The notes below the pieces were generated by a model that was not told the DNA's origin, searched no databases, and was given only the letters and a program-made list of their open reading frames with translations. From Ranitomeya imitator (lineage: Eukaryota), in contig NC_091283.1 in the NCBI RefSeq assembly GCF_032444005.1, positions 43,028,001-43,092,000 of the forward strand: DNA of 64,000 bases. Reading direction: 5' to 3'. Positions 1 through 9,844 of the stretch are shown piece after piece; the first letter of the stretch is position 1; the number at the start of each line of letters is the position of its first letter. The position numbers were made by a program, and so were the translations under genes.

Positions 1-1004
1 CCTTTGTTGGCAATGACAGAGGTCAAACGTTTTCTGTAAGTCTTCACAAGGTTGCCACACACTGTTGTTGGTATGTTGGTCCATTCCTCCATGCAGATCT
101 CCTCTAGAGCAGTGATGTTTTTGGCTTTTCGCTTGGCAACACGGACTTTCAACTCCCTCCAAATGTTTTCTATAGGGTTGAGATCTGGAGACTGGCTAGG
201 CCACTCCAGGACCTTGAAATGCTTCTTACGAAGCCACTCCTTCGTTGCCCTGGCGGTGTGCTTTGGATCATTGTCATGTTGAAAGACCCAGCCACGTTTC
301 ATCTTCAATGCCCTTGCTGATGGAAGGAGATTTGCACTCAAAATCTCACGATACATGGCCCCATTCATTCTTTCATGTACCCGGATCAGTCGTCCTGGCC
401 CCTTTGCAGAGAAACAGCCCCAAAGCATGATGTTTCCACCACCATGCTTTACAGTAGGTATGGTGTTTGATGGATGCAACTCAGTATTCTTTTTCCTCCA
501 AACACGACAAGTTGTGTTTCTACCAAACAGTTCCAGTTTGGTTTCATCAGACCATAGGACATTCTCCCAAAACTCCTCTGGATCATCCAAATGCTCTCTA
601 GCAAACTTCAGACGGGCCCGGACATGTACTGGCTTAAGCAGTGGGACACGTCTGATACTGCAGGATCTGAGTCCATGGTGGCGTAGTGTGTTACTTATGG
701 TAGGCCTTGTTACATTGGTCCCAGCTCTCTGCAGTTCATTCACTAGGTCCCCCCGCGTGGTTCTGGGATTTTTGCTCACCGTTCTTGTGATCATTCTGAC
801 CCCACGGGGTGGGATTTTGCGTGGAGCCCCAGATCGAGGGAGATTATCAGTGGTCTTGTATGTCTTCCATTTTCTAATTATTGCTCCCACTGTTGATTTC
901 TTCACTCCAAGCTGGTTGGCTATTGCAGATTCAGTCTTCCCAGCCTGGTGCAGGGCTACAATTTTGTTTCTGGTGTCCTTTGACAGCTCTTTGGTCTTCA
1001 CCAT
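1..1004 (-). CDS. Tc1 transposase (DD34E), open to the window edge; stop lies outside the window
   Basis: ATG 1004: [16 protein letters not shown]...WSDETK...QHDNDPKH...SPDLNPIEN...[10 protein letters not shown]. Same frame at both ends. Absent from the ORF track because no stop falls in the window; the + ORF 355-1146 is its antisense shadow. Confidence 0.9.
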   Translation of the reverse strand, partial: MVKTKELSKDTRNKIVALHQAGKTESAIANQLGVKKSTVGAIIRKWKTYKTTDNLPRSGAPRKIPPRGVRMITRTVSKNPRTTRGDLVNELQRAGTNVTRPTISNTLRHHGLRSCSIRRVPLLKPVHVRARLKFAREHLDDPEEFWENVLWSDETKLELFGRNTTCRVWRKKNTELHPSNTIPTVKHGGGNIMLWGCFSAKGPGRLIRVHERMNGAMYREILSANLLPSARALKMKRGWVFQHDNDPKHTARATKEWLRKKHFKVLEWPSQSPDLNPIENIWRELKVRVAKRKAKNITALEEICMEEWTNIPTTVCGNLVKTYRKRLTSVIANK

Positions 1005-1043
1005 AGTGGAGTTTGGAGTCAGACTGTTTGAGGGTGTGCACAG

Positions 1044-1773
1044 TGTTGTGAATTCTGTGGTCACAAGTGGTATTGCAGTCTCTGGGCGTCCTCCCTCAGG
1101 TGTTTTGGTGAGCTCGTTGGCTGCCTTGCTATTTAGCTCCACCTGAGTCTGTCTTCCTTGCTCCTTGTCAATGTTCCAGTGTTGGATCTGAGCTACTGCA
1201 TCTTTCCTTGGACCTGCTGCTCTGCTAGATAAGTGCTTCTAGTTTGTTTTCTGTTTTTTCTGTCCAGCTTGTTATTATCTTTTGCTGGAAGCTCTGAGAA
1301 GCAGAGGGGTGCACCGCCGTGCTGTTAGTTCGGCACGGTGGGTCTTTTTTGCCCCTTTGCGTGGTTTTCGTTTTAGGGTTTTTTGTAGACTGCATAGTTC
1401 TCTTTGCTATCCTCGCTCTGTCTAGAATATCGGGCCTCACTTTGCTGAATCTATTTCATTCCTACGTTTGTCTTTTCATCTTGCTAACAGTCATTATATG
1501 TGGGGGCTGCCTATTCCTTTGGGGTATTTCTCTGAGGTAAGTCAGGCTTGTATTTCTATCTTCAGGCTAGTCAGCTCCTCAGGCAGTGCCGAGTTGCATA
1601 GGTAGTGATAGGCGCAATCCACTGCTGCTTCCAGTTGTGTGAGGACAGTTCAGGTACTGCAGTCTACAGAGATTCCACGTCTCAGAGCTCGTCCTATTGT
1701 TTTGGGTTTTTGCCAGATCTCTGTATGTGCGCTGATTACTGCACGCTGTGTTGCCTGATTGCCAGCCATAACA
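1044..1773. mobile_element. Solo LTR (730 bp) inserted in the Tc1 5' region
   Basis: TGTTGTG...CATAACA termini; GCACAG duplicated at 1038-1043 and 1774-1779; removal rejoins the Tc1 as gtgtgcacaggtgtc. Confidence 0.85.
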
Positions 1774-2107
1774 GCACAGGTGTCTTTTTATACTGATAAC
1801 AAGTTTAAACAGGTGCCATTACTACAGGTAATGAGTGGAGGAAAGAGGAGACTCTTAAAGAAGAAGTTACAGGTCTGTGAGAGCCAGAAATCTTGATTGT
1901 TTGTTTCTGACCAAATACTTATTTTCCACCATAATATGCAAATAAAATGATAAAAAAACAGACAATGTGATTTTCTGGATTTTTTTTTCTCAGTTTGTTT
2001 CCCATAGTTGAGGTCTACCTATGATGTAAATTACAGACGCCTCTCATCTTTTTAAGTGGTGGAACTTGCACTATTGCTGACAGACTAAATACTTTTTTGC
2101 CCCACTG

Positions 2108-2545
2108 TAACTCAGGATCAGTAATGTAATATATGTACACAGTGACTGCACCAGCAGAATAGTGAGTGCGGCTCTGGGGTATAATACAGGAGGTAACTCC
2201 GGATCAGTAATGTTTGTACACAGTGACTGCACCACCAGAATAGTGAGTGCAGCTCTGGAGGATAATACAGGATGTAACTTCGGATCAGTAATGTAATATT
2301 AGTATGTACACAGTGACTGCACCAGCAGAATAGTGATTGCAGCTCTGGGGTATAATACAGGATGTAACTCAGGATCAGTAATGTATGTACACAGTGACTG
2401 CACCACCAGAATAGGGAGTGCAGCTCTGGGGTATAATATAGGATGTATCTCAGGATAAGTAATGTATGTAGACAGTGACTGCACCAGCAGAATAGGGAGT
2501 GCAGCTCTGGCCTTATACTGCAGAATGTAACTCTGGATACATAAT
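2108..2545. repeat. Minisatellite, ~80-bp unit, ~5 copies
   Basis: Repeated gtaactcaggatcagtaatg...gtacacagtgactgcaccagcagaatagtgagtgcagctctgg; a further partial copy near 4000-4050. Confidence 0.85.
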
Positions 2546-2553
2546 GTAATATA

Positions 2554-3987
2554 CAGTAATTTTAAAGTCTACACACTCCTGTTAAAATGTCATGTTTCTG
2601 TCCTGTTATTGGGAAAAAAAACGTTACCAATCTGAATTCTTTTCCTCCTTTAATGCCACCCATAATCTGTACCTATTCATTGAGAAACATTTTGAAGGGA
2701 AAGATAATCTAAAATGTGATTGCATAACTGAACACCCTCTTATAATTGGGGATGTGGTTGTGCTCAGAATTGGCCAATCACATTTACATGTTAGTAGTTA
2801 GTGCACGGCCTCCATCATCTACAGTAATTCTGATTAATTCTACATATAGTTTTGCTGTTCTACGAAGACTTTCCTAGTTGCATTTTACAGTCCATAAACA
2901 GCCGACAACACCGCAAAGGGATCACATTGCTGAAAATTGTCAGCCAGGAAAAGGGTAAAAGACCATTTCCAAGACATTCAATCTACCATGGATGCGTTGA
3001 AGATGTCATCAAGAAGTGGCTAAAATTTGGCAAAACAGTGACATTACCTATAACAGGATGTCCCTCAAATATTGGTGAAAAGATCCGATGAAAATTAGTC
3101 CCTGCCGAGTGGCCAACAGCAACATTAAAGGGGCTGCAGGAATTTCTGGCAAGTGCTAGTTGTGCCCTGCATGTGACAACAATCTCCTGTATTCTTTGTT
3201 TGTCCTATGGGGTGGCCAGACCAAAGCCTTTTCTTACAAAGAAAAATATCTTAACCAGCTATGTTTTGCCGAAACGTTCATCAAATCTGCCAGAAACCTG
3301 TGGGATAATGTGCTATTTCTGATGAAAGCAAGGGTAAAGATTTTGCCAAAATTCGAAAAAGGTGCAAAGCCAACACTACGCAACACCATACCCAAAGTGA
3401 CGCATGGTGGAGGAAGCGTTATGCTTTTGGTGCTGTCCTTGTGTAGCTTTAGTCAGGGTGGAGGCAACAGTTCAAAATATCAGTCAATCCTGCAACAGAA
3501 CCTTCAGCCCTCTGCTAAAAAGCTGAAGACGAACCTTTCAGCATGATGGGGACATCCAAATAAAAAAAAAAAAAACAACAATGGCTGCTCCAGAAGATAT
3601 AAGGTTTGGAATGGCCCAAACTTGAATCCAATCTATGGATGTCCTGAATAGGGTGCAGTATACAGGAGGTGCAGCTGCTACAAGGAAGAAGTGGCAAAAA
3701 TCCCCAATTATAGATGTACGGCCCTGATAATAAAATAAAAAATATTGAATGCTGTCGTACCTCCACAAAGTATTATACTAAGGGTGTGCAGATTTAGGCA
3801 ACCACATTATTTTAGTCCTTTTTATTTATTTATTTTTCCTTCCGAAACGATTTTTCTCAATGGATTTGTACTGATTCTGGGGGACCTTAAAGGTGGGAAA
3901 AGTTCTGATATGATCTTTCTTGGTAGGATTGTTTTACATTACACAAACCTGGCATTTTATTAGGGGGTGTAGACTTTATATCCACTG
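2554..3987 (+). mobile_element. Degenerate Tc1 element
   Basis: TA-flanked imperfect TIRs (cagt..taaagtctacac / gtgtagactttatatccactg); transposase remnants KWLKFGKTVTLPITGCPS and PKVTHGGGSVML with stops and frameshifts. Confidence 0.8.
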
Positions 3988-4339
3988 TAAGTATACTAAC
4001 TGTCCACCAGCAGAACAGTGAATGCAGCTCTGGAGTATAATAGAAGATGCTCAAATTTGGGACCCCATGAAGTGACCACTAGGAGGCGCTCACTGCAGAC
4101 ATAATACATGTAGGATAATACATTCTGGTTTCCCATATGCAAAGTTTATTTTACATGGTAAATATCAGACACAAAAATACATCAGGTACTTTCCTAAAAC
4201 CCCCTGAGTCTTGCACGTCTCCTCCAGATGGACCCGTAACTCTTGCCTCGTATGGCTATGACCACCCCGCAGTATACAGTTTGCTGCTGGGGATCAGGAC
4301 GCACAGAAGCCATGATAACCTCAGCGGCAGCCACCATTA

Positions 4340-4746
4340 CTACTTCTTCACATGGGCACAGTCGTATTTTCCTCGGACTATTTTCAGCTTGACCCCCGGG
4401 AGATCCTGTGTGCGGCCGCCCTCCACCAGGACGATGTTATGTTCCTGCAGGTTGTGTCCCTCTCCTGGTATAAAGCATATCACCTCCTTGCCGTTGCTGA
4501 GCCGAACGCGGGCGCACTTGCGGTTGGCAGAGTTGGGTTTTTTAGGTTTACGGATCATGGTCTTCAAAACAACGCCCTTAAGCTGCGGATTTCCACCCAA
4601 AGGACCCAGTTTGGGAGGGGGTTTCTTGGGGCGGCCGGCTCTGTGCATCTGATTCAATGTGGCCATGCTACGGGAGTCCACCACAGAAGGGACGGCGGTA
4701 TGGGAGTCCACCAAAGAAGGGACGGCGGTACGAAAAAGGGAAGAAC
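4340..4746 (-). CDS. mrps12: Mitochondrial ribosomal protein S12 (uS12m), last coding exon; the upstream coding exon was not located
   Basis: MATLNQMHR...[50 protein letters not shown]...[11 protein letters not shown]...[11 protein letters not shown]; acceptor ttttttatttAG at 4748-4747, phase 1. Confidence 0.95.
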
Positions 4747-5091
4747 CTAAATAAAAAAACAAACAGGAGAGTCACTTAGACTATAATTGACCCACTCTGG
4801 CTAGGATCTGCTGCCTGTGACTGATCGGCAGCGGTGTGACTGATCTGTCCACCCGATTCCTACAATGAAGCGATGCTCCACATCTGTAGACTCCGCTCGG
4901 CTCTCTGCGGGCTGTCACGTCTTCGACTGCAGTTATACTGAAGCTCAAGGGGAGAAGCAAGCTACTTCCGCCTCACTGATGACCTCTTTGGAATACACTG
5001 CCCGGCATCCTGTTATTTTATGTGACCCCTGTCATACACTCTATGGTGCGCTGGGACAGGAAGGACAAATTACAGGATATAGTGCCGATTA

Positions 5092-5380
5092 CTGATGAGT
5101 GAGTGTACTCGTTGCTCGGGTTTAACAGAGCACGCTCGGGTGACCTCTGAGTATTTATGACTGCTCGGAGATTTAGTTTTCATCGCCGCAGCTGCATGAT
5201 TTACAGCGACTAGCCAGCCTGAGTACATGTGTGTATTCTCTAGCAACCAGGTAACCCAGACATGTACTCAGGCTGGCTAGCAGCTGTAAAACATGCAGCT
5301 GCGGCGATGAAAACTAAATCTCCGAGCAGTCACAAATACTCACAGATCACCCCAGCAAAAAGTACACTCGCTCATCACTA
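5092..5380. mobile_element. Palindromic MITE
   Basis: Long inverted arms (tgatgagtgagtgtactcg / tacactcgctcatca; ctcggagatttagttttcatcgccgcagctgcatg mirrored). Confidence 0.8.
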
Positions 5381-5808
5381 GCACCAATACATGGAGGTAC
5401 TATGGGCAACACAGAAATGAGCCAATAAGCCCGACAAGACGATAAGTTCTGTCCTAGAAACTAAACTGAGCAAGACCAGGCATGGAGAAATCAACCTACC
5501 CCATCTCCAAGGTAAGGAGACGAGGCTCCGAATTCCTGCAAGGGACATGTCGGGTCAGAGAGACATCACCTGCAAGAGAGAAACTCACGTCAGTGCAAGT
5601 ACTCACACAGGGTGAACAGGCGGACCCAGCAAAATCTGGAACACCCCATTATACCCCTACTCTATAACAGTGGGATTATGCCCCCTGCTCAGTGCCGCTC
5701 CCGGTACTACAAGTCAGGGCATCCTGTTCTTCAGTGGCCAGAGGACGGATCATCACCTCCTGTCTCGGTGGCATTCATTTCCTTTATCCCTACTGGGTGC
5801 TAAAGTAA

Positions 5809-6015
5809 CATAGTAACATAGTAACATAGTAACATAGTTAGTAAGGCCGAAAAAAAGACATTTGTCCATCCAGTTCAGCCTATATTCCATCATAATAAAT
5901 ACCCAGATCTACGTCCTTCTACAGAACCTAATAATTGTATGATACAATATTGTTCTGCTCCAGGAAGACATCCAGGCCTCTCTTGAACCCCTCGACTGAG
6001 TTCGCCATCACCACC
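5809..6015 (-). mobile_element. 5'-truncated CR1 LINE 3' end
   Basis: RT C-terminus VVMANSVEGFKRGLDVFLEQNNIVSY* followed by a (tagtaaca)n tail; aagtaa on both flanks (5803-5808, 6016-6021). Confidence 0.85.
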
Positions 6016-7792
6016 AAGTAATTAATAAGTACTAACAAAATGCCGCTCCTGTGTCCCTCGCTTTGTCTTCTAGCAGATGGCCACAGATAACCACTGCAGC
6101 TAATCAGTGGCCAGTGATTGGCTGCAGCAGATACCCGATGCCCCCTGCTGGAAGTAGAAGCCAAGAATCCAATAGTGACACCAGCAAAAGTACTGAGGGA
6201 TTCGAATTGTCCTATGGCAATCATTACAATGTCCCCAAGATCAAGGGGGCCCATGGTAGCTGGGATCTGCTGAAGACCCTCTTTACTGCCATCTTGGTAC
6301 TCCCGTGACTGGGCTTCATAGATTAGTCTTTTTTCCAATATACAGCACTAGGTGCATTCATCAACAATGAAATGTAAACACCAAGAAGGAAGAAAAAGTG
6401 CTGGAATTACGGAAGTCACAGGACGGAGACTCGTTACCGATCTGCAAATGACGACCATTAATAACTTCAGTGATGGCAGCCGAGGCTGTAAGTGCCGGGA
6501 TTTCTGCACGTGGCCTCATACTCCACAGTGAACACATTCACAGGTTTTGAACATGTTGTTTCCATTTTTTTTCACCATTTACAGATCAGTAACGTCTCCA
6601 TCCTCTGATTTCCAGAATTCCATCACTTTTCCTTCTTGGTGTTGCAATTTCAATGTTGAGAAGTGTAGAAAAAGCAAACGAGCGCAGGATCAAGTCCTAA
6701 AACAAATTAAAAAAAACACAATAAAAAGACATTTAAAAAAAAGCCTGAAAAGTCCAATTTATCCAAATAAAAAATTAAACCATAATAAAAAAAATAACCT
6801 AAACTCTAAAATTGCCATTTTCAGTCCCCCCCCCCCTCAAAAAATGCAATAAAGAGCGATGAACACGTCGTACATACCCCAAAACAATATCCATAGTAAC
6901 GTCAGATGGCTGTGCCTAATACGAGCCCTCACACGGCTCCAGAGGCAAAAAGGACGGCTCTCCAGTTACTGACACACAAAACATTATTTTTTTTACTATA
7001 TTTCACTTTTTTTTTTTTTTACACTTTTATTACGTTTTTTTAACTATTTTTATTTTTTACTAACTTTTTATTTTTTTACCATTTGATTACAATTTAACTT
7101 TTTTACTATCTTTTCTAATATACATGTTACTATTAACTGGTTTATTTCACTATCTTTTCTAAAATATATTTTTTTATTATTAACTTTTTCTTCANNNNNN
7201 NNNNNNNNNNNNNNNNNNNNNNNNNNNNNNNNNNNNNNNNNNNNNNNNNNNNNNNNNNNNNNNNNNNNNNNNNNNNNNNNNNNNNNNNNNNNNNNNNNNN
7301 NNNNNNNNNNNNNNNNNNNNNNNNNNNNNNNNNNNNNNNNNNNNNNNTATCGCCGCGGCCGTCCTGACCCGGAGAATGATATTATCCAGGAACAATTTAC
7401 CAAACAATTAAAGCCGTAAATATTAAACCCCATAAACACAATGGTGGAGCTGCATTTTTTTTCACCGCACTTTCTTTCTTACATTATTTGGTAAAAAAAA
7501 GCACAAATAGATATTATGTTGGGTGGGAAACCTCTCCCCTCCCCCCCTCATAAGTCAGAATGATGTGAGTGCTGATGTTTGATGTGGATCAATAAAGTTT
7601 TCTCATTTTGAATACATCCCTAGTCTCGGCCTTTTTGCTGTTTTCAGTTCAGTTCTTCTATTATTTGCTATAATTAATGAATGGTCTCACTGAAAACTGC
7701 ACCTCGTCCTGCAAAAAAAGAAAGAACAACAAGTCCCAGAAGGATGTGGGGGGGAAAAAAGCTACAGCTCCTGGAAGAAGGGGAGGAAAAAA

Positions 7793-7824
<32 letters not shown>

Positions 7825-7952
7825 ACATTGAAAATTGCCTGGTCATGAAGGGGTTAATCAAAGTGACTGCGCCCAGTTTCTTTTTGCTTTGTGACTGGGA
7901 CAAGCGGTGGAACCACAAGTCCCAGCACAGCCTGCCTGTGCACCACACTCAC

Positions 7953-8000
7953 CTTGAGCAACAGAGCAGCATGTGCAGTCACTTCCGGGTCACACACTGA
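7953..8000 (-). other. mrps12: Probable first (5'UTR) exon of mrps12
   Basis: Strong donor CAAG|GTGAGT at 7953/7952 next to the bidirectional promoter; 5' boundary approximate. Confidence 0.55.
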
Positions 8001-8242
8001 AGGGGAAGTGCCACTGCAACCCCGCCCTTACGTCCGATTGGACAATCCCAATGCCAGAGGCGTTATCATTGGTTTATTCCAATAACCGGAGTTCCTGATT
8101 GGTTATTTATTGTGTCTACAGAAATCAAATCCTTTGATTGGCTCGTCTTAAGTGAACTGAATCGCCTCCGGTTTTTTGATTGGTCAGTTGTTTCACTTCA
8201 TACTCTCTTCTGATTGGATGGCTCGATTTCCAACACTGAAAG
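7981..8242. promoter_or_regulatory. mrps12/sars2 bidirectional promoter
   Basis: ETS/GABP-type acttccgg 7981-7988; GC box ~8020-8027; eight CCAAT/ATTGG boxes at 8037, 8048, 8068, 8079, 8098, 8137, 8179, 8213; YY1-type aagATGgcgg over the sars2 start. Confidence 0.85.
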
Positions 8243-8485
8243 ATGGCGGCCCGCATGCTGCTCAGGTTATGTGCCCGTTCTACGTGCCGGGGACTTCCAG
8301 GGGTGCGGGCTCTGAGCACCGGAGAGTCGGCGCCTCCCAGCCGGCTGTACGACTATGCCCGGGAAGGTTACTGCAGCCGCCCTCAGCTGGATATGGACGC
8401 CCTGAGCCGGGACATAGATGCTGCGGAGCGCGAACTGTCGGAGAGGAGACCGGGGAGACCTCCGGAGGGAGAGCTGCGGGCGCTG
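8243..8485 (+). CDS. sars2: Seryl-tRNA synthetase, mitochondrial, exon 1 of 16 (gene 8243-21068, 1518-nt CDS, 505 aa)
   Basis: MAARMLLRLCAR...RLYDYAREGYCSRPQLD...ELRAL; Arg-rich presequence; donor GT at 8486. Confidence 0.92.
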
Positions 8486-8510
8486 GTGAGAGAGTAGCTG
8501 CCTGACATGA

Positions 8511-9005
8511 CCACCAGAGGGCGCTCCGCTACTGGTGGAGAATGTTACTGCGTGTAGTACCGCAATGTGACCAGCAGGGGCCGCTCCGCTACTGGTGGAG
8601 AACGTTACTGCGTGTAGTACCGCAATGTGACCAGCAGGGGCCGCTCCGCTACTGGTGGAGAATGTTACTGCGTGTAGTACCGCAATGTGACCAGCAGGGG
8701 CCGCTCCGCTACTGGTGGAGAATGTTACTGCGTGTAGTACCGCAGTGTGACCAGCAGGGGCCGCTCCGCTACTGGTGGAGAATGTTACTGCGTGTAGTAC
8801 CGCAATGTGACCAGCAGGGGCCGCTCCGCTACTGGTGGAGAACGTTACTGCGTGTAGTACCGCAATGTGACCAGCAGGGGCCGCTCCGCTACTGGTGGAG
8901 AATGTTACTGCGTGTAGTACCGCAATGTGACCAGCAGGGGCCGCTCCGCTACTGGTGGAGAATGTTACTGCGTGTAGTACCGCAATGTGACCAGCAGGGG
9001 CCGCT
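8511..9005. repeat. 60-bp minisatellite, ~8 copies, sars2 intron 1
   Basis: Exact 60-bp period (ccgctccgctactggtggagaatgttactgcgtgtagtaccgcaatgtgaccagcagggg). Confidence 0.95.
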
Positions 9006-9622
9006 GGTGTTTAAGTTAACCCTTTCCTGCCGGGACAAATCTAAATTTGGTCTCCTTTTCTAAGGGTCAAAACTTTTTTTTTTTTTAGTGGTTTTGAATG
9101 ACGTCATTTAATTTACTGTATAATATGAGAAAATTCGACCAAACGGTGGAAAAAAAATAATTTGCAATTCCACCATTGTTCTGTTGTTTTTTTTATTTTT
9201 TTTGCTTTTTTAAATCAAATTAAAAAAAATCTAGAAACTCGTAAAAAGTAAAACTAATAATTTCTGGGCCATTTTTTTTGAGTCCTGTTGTGTGTTTTTT
9301 TTTTTTTTTTTTTTTTTCTGACCCCGCGATGCCTTTTGGTTATATACTTTTCTATCTGGACGGGTCGGTCTTTTCCAGATGCGCTGATTCCTGATACCGA
9401 CTCTCTGATTTTTACATTTTTATTTTATTTTTTTCAAAATTTAAAGCTTTGATTTTGAAATAGTGACAATAAGGAAACTGCAAGGAAAAAAACAAACCAA
9501 AGGGAGGCGGGAGTCCTAAGACTAAGATATGAACGGCCCCTCGGTGGCTCCCTGCGATCGTACACGTATGGCCCACGCTGTGCGTACCTGTCATGGACGC
9601 CCTCCTCTCGCTGTCCTCGCAG

Positions 9623-9718
9623 GTGGAGGTCTGGGAAGAGCTGCAGACCTTAAGACGAGACATTCACAGCCTGGAGGAGGAGAAATCACAAGTCGCCAAT
9701 GAGGTCAAGGAAATGATG
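9623..9718 (+). CDS. sars2: sars2 exon 2
   Basis: AG|VEVWEELQTLRRDIHSLEEEKSQVANEVKEMM|GT, 96 nt. Confidence 0.92.
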
Positions 9719-9844
9719 GTCAGTGACTCGTATACAGCCTGTATCGATTAGTCTTATATAATGAAGTCACACAATTTGTGGGGTCAGAGCTCCAATCCTC
9801 TGCTTCCCTTCACAGTACCATTCAGTTGGAATTCTGACTACATG

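Larger units (their letters stand above)
1..2107 (-). mobile_element. Tc1/mariner DNA transposon, runs off the left edge, interrupted upstream of its ORF by a solo LTR
   Basis: Terminus ...aatacttttttgccccactg|TA at 2107; transposase ORF on the minus strand from 1004. Confidence 0.93.

Noticed and set aside
355-1146. 263-aa + strand ORF
   Set aside because: Antisense shadow of the Tc1 transposase running into the LTR.
6370-6650. Possible mrps12 middle exon with donor G|GTAACG near 6437
   Set aside because: Lies in one arm of a degenerate inverted repeat (6376-6460 versus 6560-6650); no convincing ATG or presequence in the required phase.
7500-7720. Segment with tgatg motifs and AATAAA, possibly a snoRNA or LTR
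   Set aside because: No terminal stem or ordered C/D boxes, and no LTR termini or TSD; next to an assembly gap.
8542-9063. 173-aa repetitive ORF and the 60-bp array as a possible CRISPR
   Set aside because: Head-to-tail minisatellite with no unique spacers, in a eukaryotic intron.
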